Below, piece after piece: positions 1-13,095 of a stretch of 64,000 bases of DNA. Made by a program: the position numbers and the translations under genes. Positions within the stretch are counted from its first letter, which is position 1; every line of letters starts with the position of its first letter. The notes below the pieces were generated by a model that worked only from the letters and a program-made list of their open reading frames with translations, made no database searches and was not told the DNA's origin. The stretch comes from Octopus sinensis (Eukaryota). The stretch covers positions 65,348,001 to 65,412,000 of the forward strand of contig NC_043006.1 in NCBI RefSeq assembly GCF_006345805.1, read 5' to 3'.

Positions 1-972
1 GATCCATTTAAGAAACGCACAAAAACCGTTAGATTGACTTCAACATTTAAATTTAATTTGCCAAAATATTTTCGGCGCTTTCAGACCGCGACCTGTTCAC
101 TGACAAAATTCCGTGAAACACCTTCCACGCTGCAATTGTTTTTGTTCTAGAAAACGATCGCAGATCAGGTTACTTGCTATGCAAGTACATCTCCGTAATG
201 TGAATAGAGATATCAAAAAAAGGTTCATGGGCGCACACACATACAAACTGAGATCACATAATTTTTTTCAAAATTTCAAATTTCATTTTGTAGATATATT
301 CTTTTACTTGTTTCAGTCATTTTGACTGCGGCTATCATGGAGCACAGCCTTAAAGGGTTTTTAGTTGAAGCAATCGACCCCAGGACTTATTCTTTGTAAG
401 CCTAGTACTTAATCTATTGCTCGCTTTTGCCAAACTGCTAAGTTACGGGGGACGTAAACACACCAACATTGGCTGTGAAGTGGTGATGTGGGACAAACAC
501 AGACACAAAGACACACACACATAAATAAATAAATACATATATAAAGGTAACACATTTAGTCACGTTAACAAAGGGATGTGTGTTCGGGTCCCACACAGAT
601 AGGAAAGCCTACTTTTTTCTATCAAGGGCTTATATGCCCCTTTATTAGACTATTTTCCCTAGTCATTGTACGGGGTTCACCATAAGCTTTAAGCTTATAT
701 AAATACCATTATTATTATTCACAAGATTGTAAAACACGGCACTGTATAACAAAACCATTTGCACCAAAAACACACACACACACACATAAATTGACAGAAT
801 GAGATTAAAAAAAACCAAGGCATATATATGCATGCTAATACATGACCCACGTTGGACTCCTCACTTGTATCATTATATAGCCTGGAGCTTAACCATGGTC
901 TATCCATAGCACTTACTTAGCATTTACCCGATACCTTTTAGGTCTTCCTGACACCAGTACCTTTCATACCCT

Positions 973-1049
<77 letters not shown>

Positions 1050-1814
1050 TATATATATTTGCCATGATAGATCACTAGCCACTACACATTCTTATTTTCT
1101 CTACCTGTTTCTTTCTGTGTTCCTTTCTGTGGAAGAGCAAAGGCTCGAAACATTTTTGTTTTTTTTGTGAATTCTCCCCCTATATATATATATATATACA
1201 TATATATGACAGGCTTCTTTCAGTTTCCATTAACCAAATTCACTCACAAGGCTCTGGTCAACTCAAGGCTATAGTAGTCAGTATACATCCATGTATACCC
1301 ACCAATTTTCCTTTCCATATTAAATTTCGATATAATCACCTGAAAGTTGTTGAAAATTTTAATTAAAAAATCTTCTGAAAGTTATGAGGAAACCAAGTCA
1401 AGGGGGGAATACACTTGAGTGGGTATGTCTATGCTAGGAGTTGTGTTGGTGAGTTTCGGGAAGCATGGATCTTTTAAAGGATGGCTAACAACTGATGTTG
1501 GTAGTTTATTCTATGCTTTATCAATTCTGGGTATGACAAAATGTTCCTGAAAGTTATGGGTACTGCATTGTATTTAAAAAAATTTTATAAGCATGTCTAC
1601 AAGTGGTACTGAATTTGAAAAAAAAAGGGGCCAAAATCATTGATGGAAAGATTATTGATAATCTCATGGGTTTCTGCCAGTTCAGCTGCTGGATGCCAAA
1701 GTGTTAGCATTTCTATACCATGTTATTGCTGGTTAGTATGGAGGGTAAAATAGATCAGGAAATGATGATAAGGATGATAATGATGATGATGATGATGATG
1801 ATGATGACGACGAC

Positions 1815-1851
<37 letters not shown>

Positions 1852-2383
1852 GCTACAATAAGGAGGACAACAGTGAGATGATGGTGATGGTGGTGGTTAT
1901 GTTGATGATAATGATGGTGACTCTGCTGCTGCAATTGTTGCTGCTGCTGATATTTTTCTAATCGTCTTTGTTCGTCTTGACCAAATCAGCTTTGATTGTA
2001 GAGATTTATGATCAGAGTGGTTCAATCTATGACCATTTCATCTTCTTTTATTCAAATAGAATGTATTTAAAACTACATTATTCAATCTGTCATTACTTCT
2101 TTCTTTTTAAGACAACAGTATGTAACTTGTGGGAGGTTTAACTGCTATTTCTAGTGGGACAGGAAATCCTACAGAGGTTCACTCTTGCTGGCTGCGTGAC
2201 GAAGATGGTTGTGGTGCCGTTTGCTTTTGCTCTTTGTGATGACACTGATATTGATTACAACAATAAAAATGATGCAGATGATGATGATGACGACGACAAT
2301 GGCGACGATGATGATGTTGATTGTGATGGTGGCAGTGGCAGTGGCGGCAGCGGTGGTGGTCATGGTGGTGGTGGTGGTGGTGA

Positions 2384-3120
2384 TGATGATGAAGGTGATA
2401 ATGATGATAAGAATGATAATGAAGTGGAGGATGGTGAAGACTGTGATAACAATAATGATGGAGATGACAGTGGTTATGAGGAAGATGATGATGATGAAAT
2501 CACTGATGATGGCGACAGTGGTGGAGGTCATAGTGGTTATGAAATGTTGATGCTGTTGCTTTTGCTGATGCTGATGATGATGACAATAAACATGACAAGG
2601 AAGATAATGATCACAATGATGATGATGATGATGATGATAATAATGGCAACAACAGCTACAATGACAAAGATAACGACAACAATGATGGTGATGATGATGG
2701 TGATGATGGTGATGGTGGTAGTGGTGGTGGTGGTGGTGGTGGTGGTGATGATGATGATGATGATATGATGATGAAGGTGATAATGATGATAAGAATGATA
2801 ATGAAGTGGAGGATGGTGAAGACTGTGATAACAATAATGATGGAGATGACAGTGGTTATGAGGAAGATGATGATGATGAAATCACTGATGATGGTGACAG
2901 TGGTGGAGGTCATAGTGGTTATGAAATGTTGATGCTGTTGCTTTTGCTGATGCTGATGATGATGACAATAAACATGACAAGGAAGATAATGATCACAATG
3001 ATGATGATGATGATGATGATAATAATGGCAACAACAGCTACAATGACAAAGATAACGACAACAATGATGGTGATGATGATGGTGATGATGGTGATGGTGG
3101 TAGTGGTGGTGGTGGTGGTG
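2384..3120. repeat. Near-identical tandem duplication (period about 382 bp) of a (GAT/GGT)n-rich low-complexity block
   Basis: GAAGGTGATAATGATGATAAG occurs at 2391 and 2773, and the following ~350 bp are almost identical. Confidence 0.9.
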
Positions 3121-3325
3121 GTTGTGATGATTATGATTAGCATAACAACCAAGGTAATGATGGTTGGCAACAGTGTTGCTATTTATGTTCCAGTTTAGTC
3201 CAGATTCTAATGTTCGGACATAAACATTTATCTTGGCATGCTTACAATTCACCTCCACATCCTCTCTCCAACTCTTTTCTAAAATGTTGTAATCATGTCA
3301 AATAGTTTTTTTTTTATCAACTATA

Positions 3326-3722
3326 GGCACAGGAGTGGCTGTGTGGTATGTAGCTTGCTTACCAACCACATGGTTCCGGGTTCAGTCCCACTGCATGGCA
3401 CCTTGGGCAAGTGTCTTCTACTATAGCCTCGGGCCAACCAAAGCCTTGTGAGTGGATTTGGTAGATGGAAACTGAAAGAAGCCCGTTATATATATGTATA
3501 TGTATATATATATATGTGTGTGTGTTTGTCCCCACCCAACATCGCTTGACAACCAATCCTGGTGTGTTTACACCCCGTAACTTAGCGGTTTGGCAAAAGA
3601 GGCTGATAGAATAAGAACTAGGCTTACAAAGAATAAGTCCTGGGGTCGATTTCCTCAACTAAAGGCGGTGCTCCAGTATGGCTGCAGTCAAATGACTGAA
3701 ACAAGTAAAAGAGTAAAAGAGT
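3326..3722 (+). mobile_element. SINE family A (~400 bp; tRNA-like head, CORE-like segment, internal (TA/TG)n, tail (AGTAAAAG)n)
   Basis: It has A-box-like TGGCTGTGTGG, B-box-like GGTTCAGTCCC and CCTTGGGCAAGTGTCTT. Further copies, full or partial, lie at about 301-520(-), 7730-8100(+), 12474-12880(+), 14622-15112(-), 17475-17860(+), 43370-43730(-), 44070-44485(-), 44775-45095(-), 45950-46100(-), 47215-47350(-), 54862-55200(+), 55680-56000(-), 57620-57770(-), 57812-59850(+, split by Tc1), 59860-60210(+) and 63775-63915(-). Confidence 0.9.
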
Positions 3723-4261
3723 ATAGAAACACCATGAAAGAAAAATAGAAAGAAAAAAGAAATAAAACAAAGAAAAAAAACGAAGAAAATTACAAAATTT
3801 AAGGACACCAAATAATATATTTTTGTGTGTATCTAGGTCAGCCCTAACTGAGCATACCCCTATGGAGAATGAAAAAAGCTCAAGCTGTGACCTTTCTTTT
3901 TCTCAAATATAATGGATCTATGACTACATTATTCAATGTGTCATTTGTTTTTAAGGCAATATTGTCAGATTTTTGTGATTGAAATGTATTCAAGTGTTAC
4001 ACATCAACCCATAAGCATTCAAATTACTCAGTCAAACGTAACGCTTATTTATTCACATATGATAGTTTTGAATTAATCATGTATTACCTCATAGCTTTGA
4101 GATTTCAATGATGTGATTGTTAATTTTTAGAAAAACATTATAAGGTAGGTGTGAGAGGCTGGATGTAGCCAGTTTGAGTTTAAAACAAGTAGAATATTCT
4201 AGCTGGATATGGCCAGTTAAATGCTCAACAGTTAAACAACTTTAACATATTTACCAAGTCA

Positions 4262-4570
4262 GAAAACAGCACAGCTCCCATGACTTTCGGAAACATTTTT
4301 TCACACTGAGAGTTGCTGAAGCATGGAACAAACTGCCAGCATCAGTTGTTAGTTGTCGGAGCACTGCATCCTTCAAAACGTCCATGCTTTCAGAGATTCA
4401 CCAACACTACACCTGATTTTCTCCACTCCATACACACACAAGCATGTATCTGACTCATACATTATTCACTTTCCAGAATTTGTACATTACTGCATATACT
4501 TTATACGCACTGTCTAACAAGTTGTGGTGCACCTGAGCACTGTATACAATAATTTCATTATTATTATTTA
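4262..4570 (+). mobile_element. CR1-clade LINE 3' end with UTR and (ATT)n tail; second copy at about 24245-24510
   Basis: Translation gives FFTLRVAEAWNKLPASVVSCRSTASFKTSML, the typical CR1 ORF2 terminus. The sequence is repeated at 24.25 kb. Confidence 0.8.
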
Positions 4571-5157
4571 TATGTAAACGAGTCACACTTTCCAATGCTC
4601 TGCTTTTAGTAATTGCTGAAATCAACTTTGTCTTTCCTTCTTTCGAGGTTGGTAACAAAGTACAAATTGAATGAAAATTGTAGATTAGTAGAAATGCTAT
4701 TATTTACCTGAATCACACAAACAGTAAAAGGTTCTGGAACCTGAAATGTACATTACTGCATATACTTTTGAGATACTAAAAAGAAATATTTAAACAATGA
4801 AAGTAGTGTAAGCATGATTGACAGAAAAATTTCAGGCAGGAGGTATGGCGAGAACACTTGTGTTGTAATTCCCACATTAATAATAGTTTATTTTCAATAA
4901 CAGAATAAATAACAGTGTATTTATATTTAATGAGAGAATAAACTTTCTTTTCTAATAAAGATGTATTGTCTTCTTGAAATCAGTCTTTTTTTACAATTTT
5001 TAAAACAAATTTGGAAACTATTATTAGTCTGATTTAGTAAGGTTGGTGAATTGGCAAAATTGTTAGAGTGGAGAACAAAAAGCTTTGCAATATTTCTTAA
5101 GTGGCCTTTTGTGTTCAAGACTGTTTGTTCAATTAAGCTTGACTAGGGGTTTTATAT

Positions 5158-6850
5158 TAAGGCAGCAAGCTGGCAGAAATGTTAGCATGCGAATTTAGCA
5201 ACATTTACGTTCTGAGTTCAAATTCCACTTTGCCTTTCATCCTTTTGGGGTCAATAAATCAAGTACCAGTTGCGTACTGAGGTCTATCTAATCGACTGGT
5301 TCCCTCCCCAAAAAGGTTTCAGGCCTTGTGCCTAGAATAGAAAAGAATATTTGTTTTGGCTTAAGGCAGCGAGCTGGCAGAAATATTAGCATGCCGGGCG
5401 AAATGCTTAGCAACATTCCATCTGTCTTTACATTCTGAGTTCAAATTCAATGAAGGTTGACTTAGCCTTTCATCCTTTTGGAGTCAATAAATTAAGTACC
5501 AGTTGCATACTGGAGTTGATCTAACTGGCCCTCTTCCCAAGAATTTTGAACCTTGCACTTAGAGTAGGAAAAGAATGTTTTTTTTGGCTCAAGGTGGCAA
5601 ACTGGCAGAAATGTTAGCATGCCAGGTGAAATGCTTAGCACTATTTCGTCTGTCTTTACATTATGAATTCAAATTCTGCCAAAGTTGGATTTGACTTTCA
5701 TCCTTCTGGGGTCAATAAAATAAATACCTGTTTGAACACTGGGGTAGATGTAATTGACTTTCCCACTTCCCCATAAATCGATGGCCTCAAGCCAAAATTT
5801 GAAAGCAATATTTCTTTTGGCTTAAGGCAGTGAACTAGCAGAATGCTGGCCAAAATGCTTAGTGGCATTTTATCCTTCTTTACTTTCTTAGTTCAAATTC
5901 TGCCAATGTGAACTTTGCCTTTCATCCCTTTCCAAGTCAATAAAATAGTTACCTGTCAAGCACTGGGATCACTGTAACTGATGTGGTCCCTTCTCTGAAA
6001 CTGGAGTCATACCAAAATCTGAAATTCATATTTCCTTTGGCTTAAAGCAGCAAGATGACAGAATCTTGACTTTACATTCTGAGCTCAAATTCTGCCGAGG
6101 TTGACTTTGCCTTTCATCCTTTTGGGGTCGATAAATTAAGTACCAGTTGTGTACTGGGGTTGATGTAATAGACTTATCCACTCCCCTGAAATTGCTGGCC
6201 TTGTGCCAAAATGTAGGGCAAAAATGGGACTAAAATGATGGTAGGAATAGGCCCTGTCTGGTTGATATTTGAGGAAACTTGGCAGCTTAGCTGGCAAACT
6301 GGCAGGATTGTTAGCATGCTGGGCAAAATGCTTAGTGACATTTTGTCTGTCTTTACGTTCTGAGTTCAAATTCCGCCAAGGTCAACTTTACCTTTCATCC
6401 TTTCAGGGGCGATAAATTAGATACCAGTTGCGTACTGGTGTTGATCTAATCGGCTGGCCCCCTCCCCAAAAATTTCAGGCCGTGTGCCTAGAGTAGAAAG
6501 GAATATCTGAGGAAATTTAGCCAGCAAGTTGGCAGAACTGTTACCACTCCAGCCAAAATACTTAAAGGCATTTTGTCTGTATTTGTGTTCTGAGTTCAAA
6601 TTCCAAGGTTGACTTTGCTTTTCATCTTTTTGGGGTCAACAAAATAAGTACCAGTTGAACATTGGGGTCGATGTAATTGACTTACCCCCGAAATTGCTGG
6701 CCAGGTACCAAAATTTGAAACCAGTATTTCTTTTGGCTCTTTATGTTCTGAGTTCAAATGCTGTGGAGGTTAAATTTGCCTTTCATTCCTCTGAAGTCAA
6801 CAAAATGAAGTACCTGCTAAATACCAGGGACAAGTTGTACCTGTACTACA
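5158..6850 (+). mobile_element. Head-to-tail cluster of about 8 SINE family B copies (tRNA-like head; Nin/Deu-like central domain)
   Basis: The unit AAGGCAGCGAGCTGGCAGAA..GTTCAAATTC..GCCTTTCATCCTTT.GGGGTCGATAAA.TAAGTACCAGTT is repeated. Other copies lie at about 10200-10460(+), 20300-20545(-), 21222-21450(+), 24520-24740(+), 25240-25630(-, two), 26283-26670(+, two), 33715-33915(+) and 51385-51695(+). The domain name is from recall. Confidence 0.88.
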
Positions 6851-7021
6851 AAGGATTTTATTCAACTTTCTACTATTGTCAGCTCACCTGTCTCAAAACT
6901 ACTCCAAAGACTAATTCTTCTTCTGCAAAAACTATTTCAGTTCTTGTTGCTAAGGTTAGAAACCTCTATGGTTTACATTATTTTTTTAATAATATGCTGT
7001 TGTTGTTGTTGTTGTTCAGGC

Positions 7022-7318
7022 CAGTGTTCTCAAACTATCTGATGTGGCTTACCAGCAGATTTTTCCCAATGTGACAGGAACCGGTAATATTTTTTAGTAA
7101 TATCAATTTATACTGAAAACAGTATATATAATGAATATAATAAAAGTTGATACTTTTTTTATCTTATATTTATTTTGTAAACAAATAATACAATATTTCA
7201 TAAGCATTTTATAAGCATTTTATAATGTTTCTTTCTTTTCTGGAAACTCACGGCATACCAGCAGCTGATGGTTTGTGGACCGGCACTGGTCCACAGACCA
7301 CCATTTGGAGTAGCACTG
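7022..7318. mobile_element. hAT (Charlie-like) MITE
   Basis: TIRs are CAGTGTTCTCAAA and TTTGGAGTAGCACTG. The 8-bp TSD is GTTCAGGC/GTTTAGGC (7/8 match). Confidence 0.75.
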
Positions 7319-8109
7319 GTTTAGGCGGTGCTGTCCCTAGTTGAGAAGACAAACCTATGATTAAAGGCATTCCAGCACTAGCAATCCCTTCTTTATTTAC
7401 ATGTTATAGTTCAGTGTGTTCTTCCTGTTTTAAGATAGTAAGATTGAAATTTGAGGCAAATTTGGCTGCTATTTCTAAAAGCTCTTTCAACCATATACAT
7501 GCTCATATAGTTGAATGGTGGGGGTAAGATGGCATGATCAGTAGAGTTTTATTTGTTTGTTTGCTTCTTTCCTTTAATGGCTTGGACTGGAAAGAAAAAG
7601 GCTGTGTCCTTGGCTTGTGTCCATGGCCTGTGTCCATGGTCTTTGCAGTCCTTTTGAGACAGGTGAGGTTGATGTCATCATAATTCTTCAATAACTGCAA
7701 GCTGACAACTGCAGGTGTGGCTGTTGGGTAAGAACTTTGCTTCCTAACCATATATGGTGCTGCGTTCTGTCACACTGCATGACATCTTCAGCAAATATCT
7801 TCTACTATAGCCTTGGGCTATATATATTTATATGTGTGTGAGTGCATGTGTGTGTATGTGTATGTGCATGCCCGCACGCGTGTGTGTGTGCTTGCATGTG
7901 AGTGTGTATATATGTGTATTTATTTGTGTTTGTCACTCACCACTGCTTGACAACCAGTGTTGGTGTCCCTGTAACTTAGCAGCTTGGCAAAAGAGACCAT
8001 TAGAATAAGTACCAATCTTTAAAAAAATGTCCTGGGGTCAATTCATCGAACTAAAAATGTAAAAATTCTTCAAGGCAGTGCTCCAGCATGGTCACAGTTT
8101 ATACAAATG

Positions 8110-8250
8110 TACCTGGACAAAGGAGTTCTGAAAAGTTCCTGGCTTTGGGTAAAAGAAAATATAGGAGAATCAGTTAATTATGATTTTATTCAACATATTT
8201 CCCTCTCAGATTCACATACTTATTGCAGCGGTCCTTCAGTTTTTCTCACT
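8110..8250 (+). mobile_element. Mariner-like 5' TIR fragment
   Basis: GAAAAGTTCC...TTATTCAACATATTTCCCTCTCAGATTCACATAC resembles mariner subterminal sequence (recalled, not searched). Confidence 0.4.
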
Positions 8251-8269
8251 GTCTCCTTTTAATACATCA

Positions 8270-8690
8270 ACAATCAACCTGCCGTCATGTTTAACAATGC
8301 ATCTTTTCATGCAGATGATACCACTCTTCATTCTTCTCTGTCATCATTTACAAGAAACATTACATGCAACCTAAAAACATTTACAAACGACCAAGACACC
8401 TGATGCCATGTAACACTGATTTCATGAACAAAGACCTCAGAAGCACTGACAAGAAGCTTCCCATTTAAAGCGGTATACAACAAAAGATATTGGGACTGCT
8501 TTATTATCAGAGGATCACACTGAGGCAAATTGCATTCACCTCAGTGTGATCCTCAGAAAATACTTCAAACTCCAATAATTATTGATACTGTACAAAACTC
8601 AGCAGAGACCCACCATGGCATAATACACCTAAATCTGGGACAGTGTTTCTAATATAAACACAAGCACCTTAGACCACATCCAGAGAAAGA
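8270..8690 (+). mobile_element. Degraded CR1/L2-type RT fragment
   Basis: It contains SFHADDTTLHSS (YADD-like), followed by ILGL-like sequence. Confidence 0.55.
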
Positions 8691-9149
8691 CTTAGGTATA
8701 TGGGGTGTCTGGGTGAAGTGTTACCTCTGGTGAGGAAAGATGTAGTGCTCTTAGGAGTAGTTTGTCAACTTTGGTCCACACTTGACACTCAGCTCTCACT
8801 TGTGGCTCCTTGAAGCTGTTAGCATGCAACAGTGGCCACACTCCGGCTAAACCATGGTGAGGTTAGCTATAGCGCCTCAAACCTTCAGTGAATAGAGTTT
8901 GTCTACCTATGCATGTGAAGACTAGACCTGGCGGACTGTGTGCAAGAAACTACCAGATTGATTCAGAGGGAAGGAAGGTGGAATAGCAAGAATTGTGGAG
9001 TGTGAACAGGGCTCAGGGAGACATGAAGGACACTGTGGCCATCCACTTATCTCTAGCTGATTGATATTAAGTTACACATAACATGATCCAGCTGCTGGCT
9101 CAAAGATATGCTGTGTATCCTCTTTCTGCTTTTCTGCTACTACTACTAG

Positions 9150-10135
9150 TTCTGCAATGCAAATGATATTATGGTTTGTAATACTAACTTCAGGAAACCT
9201 GCCAGCCACCTATTCACCTACCGATTTAGTGGACACACTAGTCAAATTGATTACATCCTCGCCTGGAAACAGGAAAGATGGCTACTTATAAATGCCAAAA
9301 CCTTCCCAGGTGAAGAATGCACCCCACAACATAGATTAGTACTTAGCAACTTCAGGATCAGGGATAAATGGATGCCCAGAAGACAGCCAGCATGGAGAAG
9401 AAGAGTCTGGAAGCTTAAGGATCCAGCAAATGGACAGAGATTTAGAGATGTATTACTTGGAGCTTTTGACAAAATAGAGGGGGATATAGCATCACATGAT
9501 GTGGAAGACAACTGGAGGTTTCTATGGGACAACCTGCTGAGGGCTACTGACCAGATCTGTGAATGGTGCAAAGTCCCCTCTTGAACCAAGGTAACGTGGT
9601 GGTGGAGCGATGTAGTTGATAGGGCCATTAGGGAAAAGAAACAGGCATGGAAGGACTGGAAGAACAGTGGTAGCAGAGAATTGAATCAGATTGTCAGAAG
9701 GGAAGCTAGGAGACAGGTTTACTTAGCCAGAGGGGAAGCAGATAAGAAAAAATTTGCCAATGTTCTGCGTCATGAGGACCAAAGACTTGAAGTGTTTTGT
9801 GTTGCAAGACAGTGTGTGAGAGAGAATCATGATGTCATAGGAGAAAAATGTGTCCATATGGATGATGGCTCACTTGCATTTAATGAGGCTGCAAAGAGAG
9901 AGACTTGGAGATGCTACTATAAAAGGTTGCTAAATGAAGAGAATGAATGGGAGAAAGAGAGTCTGCTGAATGTCGACCCAACAGAGGGACCAGCTATCTG
10001 AATTGACAGTATCTTGGTAGATAAAGAAATTAAGGGTATGAAGACAGGGAAAGCCCCCGGCCCATCAGGAATCACCACAGAGATGCTTAAAATATCTGGC
10101 GGTGTCGGCTATAGTCTAGTCACCCCTATAGCGGA
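9150..10135 (+). mobile_element. RTE-clade LINE fragment (APE endonuclease C-terminus, linker, start of RT), degraded
   Basis: Translation gives NTNFRKPASHLFTY..SQIDYIL..EECTPQHRLV..WWWSDVV..MKTGKAPGPSGITTEMLK, with stops. Confidence 0.9.
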
Positions 10136-10679
10136 GTATTCCTAAATGGGGTGAAATGTGTGTGTGTGTGTGTGTGGTCGGGAGAGCAGCATAATCAGCC
10201 ACCCACAAACTTTTGGTGTTGTGCAAATATAAGGAACATTGATCAAAGGGTGGTGGATTGGTAGAATTCATTAGAGCATCAGACAAAATGTTTAGTAATA
10301 GTTACTTATGACTATTTAGGTCCTGAGTTCTAATCCCATCAAAGTCAGCTTTGCCTTTCATTTTTTATGGAATTTGATAAAATAAATTACCAGACGAGTA
10401 CAGGTGTTCATGTTATCAACTGACCTCATCTTCTTAAAATTACTGGCCTTGTACCAAATTCAAAAACCATTATTATTATTATTATTTTTATCATCATCAG
10501 TAGTAGTAGTAGTACACTAGGTAGGTAAAAAGAAGGACAGATATGATGCATATACACACACATATACATACATACATCATCATCATCATACACACACACA
10601 TATAGATGCATGTACAGGGAGGGCCATAAGTCATTTTAACTATTTCTTTGTTATTATTAGAAATGAGTAAAGCAACTTA

Positions 10680-10917
10680 TGGTCATCCCTGTATATATAT
10701 GTATAATATATATGTGTCTGTATATATATACATATATTTGTATCCATATACATACATATAGGCATATATGTATATGTATATCTATCTATCTATCTCTCTC
10801 CCTCTCTCTGTCTCTCTCTCTCTCTCTCTCTTACATATATATGTATATATATACATATATATACATATAGGTATTTATGCATAAATGTATGTGTATACCT
10901 ATCTGTCTGTTATCTAT

Positions 10918-11004
<87 letters not shown>

Positions 11005-11149
11005 GTATGTATATATATATATATATACATATGTATGTATATATAGGCACACACATGCACACATACACACATATACATATGCATATATATATATGTATGT
11101 CTATATGTGTCTATACACATATATATAAACACACACACAGATATATATG

Positions 11150-11183
<34 letters not shown>

Positions 11184-11252
11184 ATACATACATACATACA
11201 TACATATATATATATTAAATTATATATATTATATATATTATATGAAAGCATG

Positions 11253-11285
<33 letters not shown>

Positions 11286-11390
11286 TATATATACATGCTT
11301 TCATATACATACATACATACATACATACATACATACATACATACATACATACATACATAAATACATACATACATATATATTTCTTCAGTA
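10680..11390. repeat. Long compound (TA)n/(CATA)n microsatellite
   Basis: Directly visible. Similar tracts lie at 977-1058, 31190-31410, 34905-35380, 35860-36220 and 39830-40410. Confidence 0.95.
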
Positions 11391-12473
11391 TATGTGTGTG
11401 TGTGTGAGACAAATAGTGACAAACAGACAGAGAAGTAAATAATTCAACAGACAGTGAGACTTATATATTTAATTACCAAATATAATTACAAAGCTATAGT
11501 TTGTAATAATGGCTTCCTAATATAAAATGATATAAACATTTAGACAAAGGAAAATATGTATAATTTAGTTTTTTTTTTAATATATATATAAAATTTAATA
11601 TATATATATATAAAATTGAATACAAAATGATACTTTGTATAAAATTAATTAAGATGATGGAAAACTTGAAATCAAATGAGTGTAAAAAGGAACAAAAAGA
11701 ACAAAACAGTTGTATTTAAAGAGCAATCTCTTAGAAATTATCTAGAAATTCAAAGCCATTGATGCTTCTTGTCTAAACCATCTTCCAGAAACATTTTTGG
11801 TATCATCACCATCACCATCACCACCACCACCACCACCACCACCACCACCACCATTATCATCACTATCATTTTAATACCCACTTCTCCATGGAATTTATGG
11901 ATGAGGATTTTCTATACCACAATACCCTTCCCATCACCAACCTTCACCTTTTCCCAATTAAGGTAATATTTCCCCATGTCCAGATATGTTTTCATGTTTA
12001 TATCACACACACACACACAACACACACACACACACACACGCACACACACACGCACACACACACACACACACACAAATGAATAGATTGACAAGCAAATGTT
12101 GTGACATAGAATTTCTGTTCATTTCTCAATCCTTCGTTGTCTACTGACATCATCATAAGTTTAAAGACTAAACTGGCTTTTCTTACAATATTATCTTTCT
12201 TAAGTTCTTATCAAGTGCATTCATATCTTACTGATATTATTTCAGCTCAATTTGAATTTAACCTGTTTTTGATTACCTTGATAATATTGTGTTAGCATAA
12301 ATTTTTGGATCTATTTGTTTCACTTCTATTTTGTACCTATTCTCTATATCTAAATATGTAGCACAATAGAGATGCCTATTAGTATTCTATGGTATAAGCA
12401 TCAAATAAAGATGTGGTTTCTCCATTCTTCAAGTTCTTATATTCCCTGGATTTTTAAAAATTCATCCATAGAT

Positions 12474-12880
12474 AGGCACAGGAGTGGCTGTGTGATAAGT
12501 AGCTTGCTTACCAACCACATGGTTCCAGGTTCAGTCCCATTGCGTGGCACCATGGGCAAGTGTCTTTTACTATAGCCTCAGGCCGACCAAAGCCTTGTAA
12601 GTGGATTTGGTAGATGGAAACTGAAAGAAGCCCGTCATATATATATATATGTTTGTGTGTGTGTGTTTGTTTGTTTGTGTGTCTGTATTTATCCACCAAC
12701 ATCGCTTGACAACCGATGCTGTGTGTTTATGTCCCCATAACTTAGCAGTTTGACAAACGAGGCCAAAAGAATAGTACTGGGCTTACAAAGAATAAATATA
12801 AATCCTGGGGTCGGTTTGCTTGGCTAAAGGTGGTGCCCAAGCATGGCTGCAGTCAAATGACTGAAACAAGTAAAAGAATA
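12474..12880 (+). mobile_element. SINE family A, full-length copy
   Basis: It is colinear with 3326-3722. Confidence 0.9.
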
Positions 12881-13044
12881 AAAGAATGATATTTGGATTT
12901 ATTTTCATACGCAAGGTGTTACCTTGGATGGTGATTCTATTTGAATTCATTGGTATCAAATTGTTTGAATTAGTTAACAAAGTTCACTTAACACTCAGGG
13001 ATTTCTAGATATCTGCCTAGATTTCTTAATTTCTTTTACCTGTT

Positions 13045-13095
<51 letters not shown>

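Noticed and set aside
2154-3258. Long ORFs (204-221 aa), including a D/G-rich acidic frame resembling a biomineral or disordered protein
   Set aside because: Several frames on both strands are open because GAT/GGT/CAT repeats lack stops. The apparent N-terminus lies in the tail of a dispersed repeat, and the frame drifts into poly-M/V.
3326-3400. tRNA-like A/B boxes at SINE heads
   Set aside because: They have no complete cloverleaf or acceptor stem and continue into SINE bodies, so they are not tRNA genes.
4709-4741. 33-nt minus-strand exon-like segment (GSRTFYCLCDSG or VPEPFTVCVIQ), faintly like BBS9 GERNFFCLKDNG
   Set aside because: I found no flanking exons with the expected continuation. 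Its acceptor lies in a 21-bp copy of CR1 3' UTR sequence, so it is likely chance.
10679-11442. Many YI/HT/CV-rich ORFs here and at 31.1, 35.0, 36.0 and 39.8-40.5 kb
   Set aside because: They are translations of (TA)n, (CA)n and (CATA)n microsatellites.
11789-11962. Plus-strand exon-like poly-His/Thr segment ending at AAG/GTAATA
   Set aside because: The 3' part is a dispersed repeat also seen at about 62620-62700 and 63590-63670, and the rest is (CAC)n.
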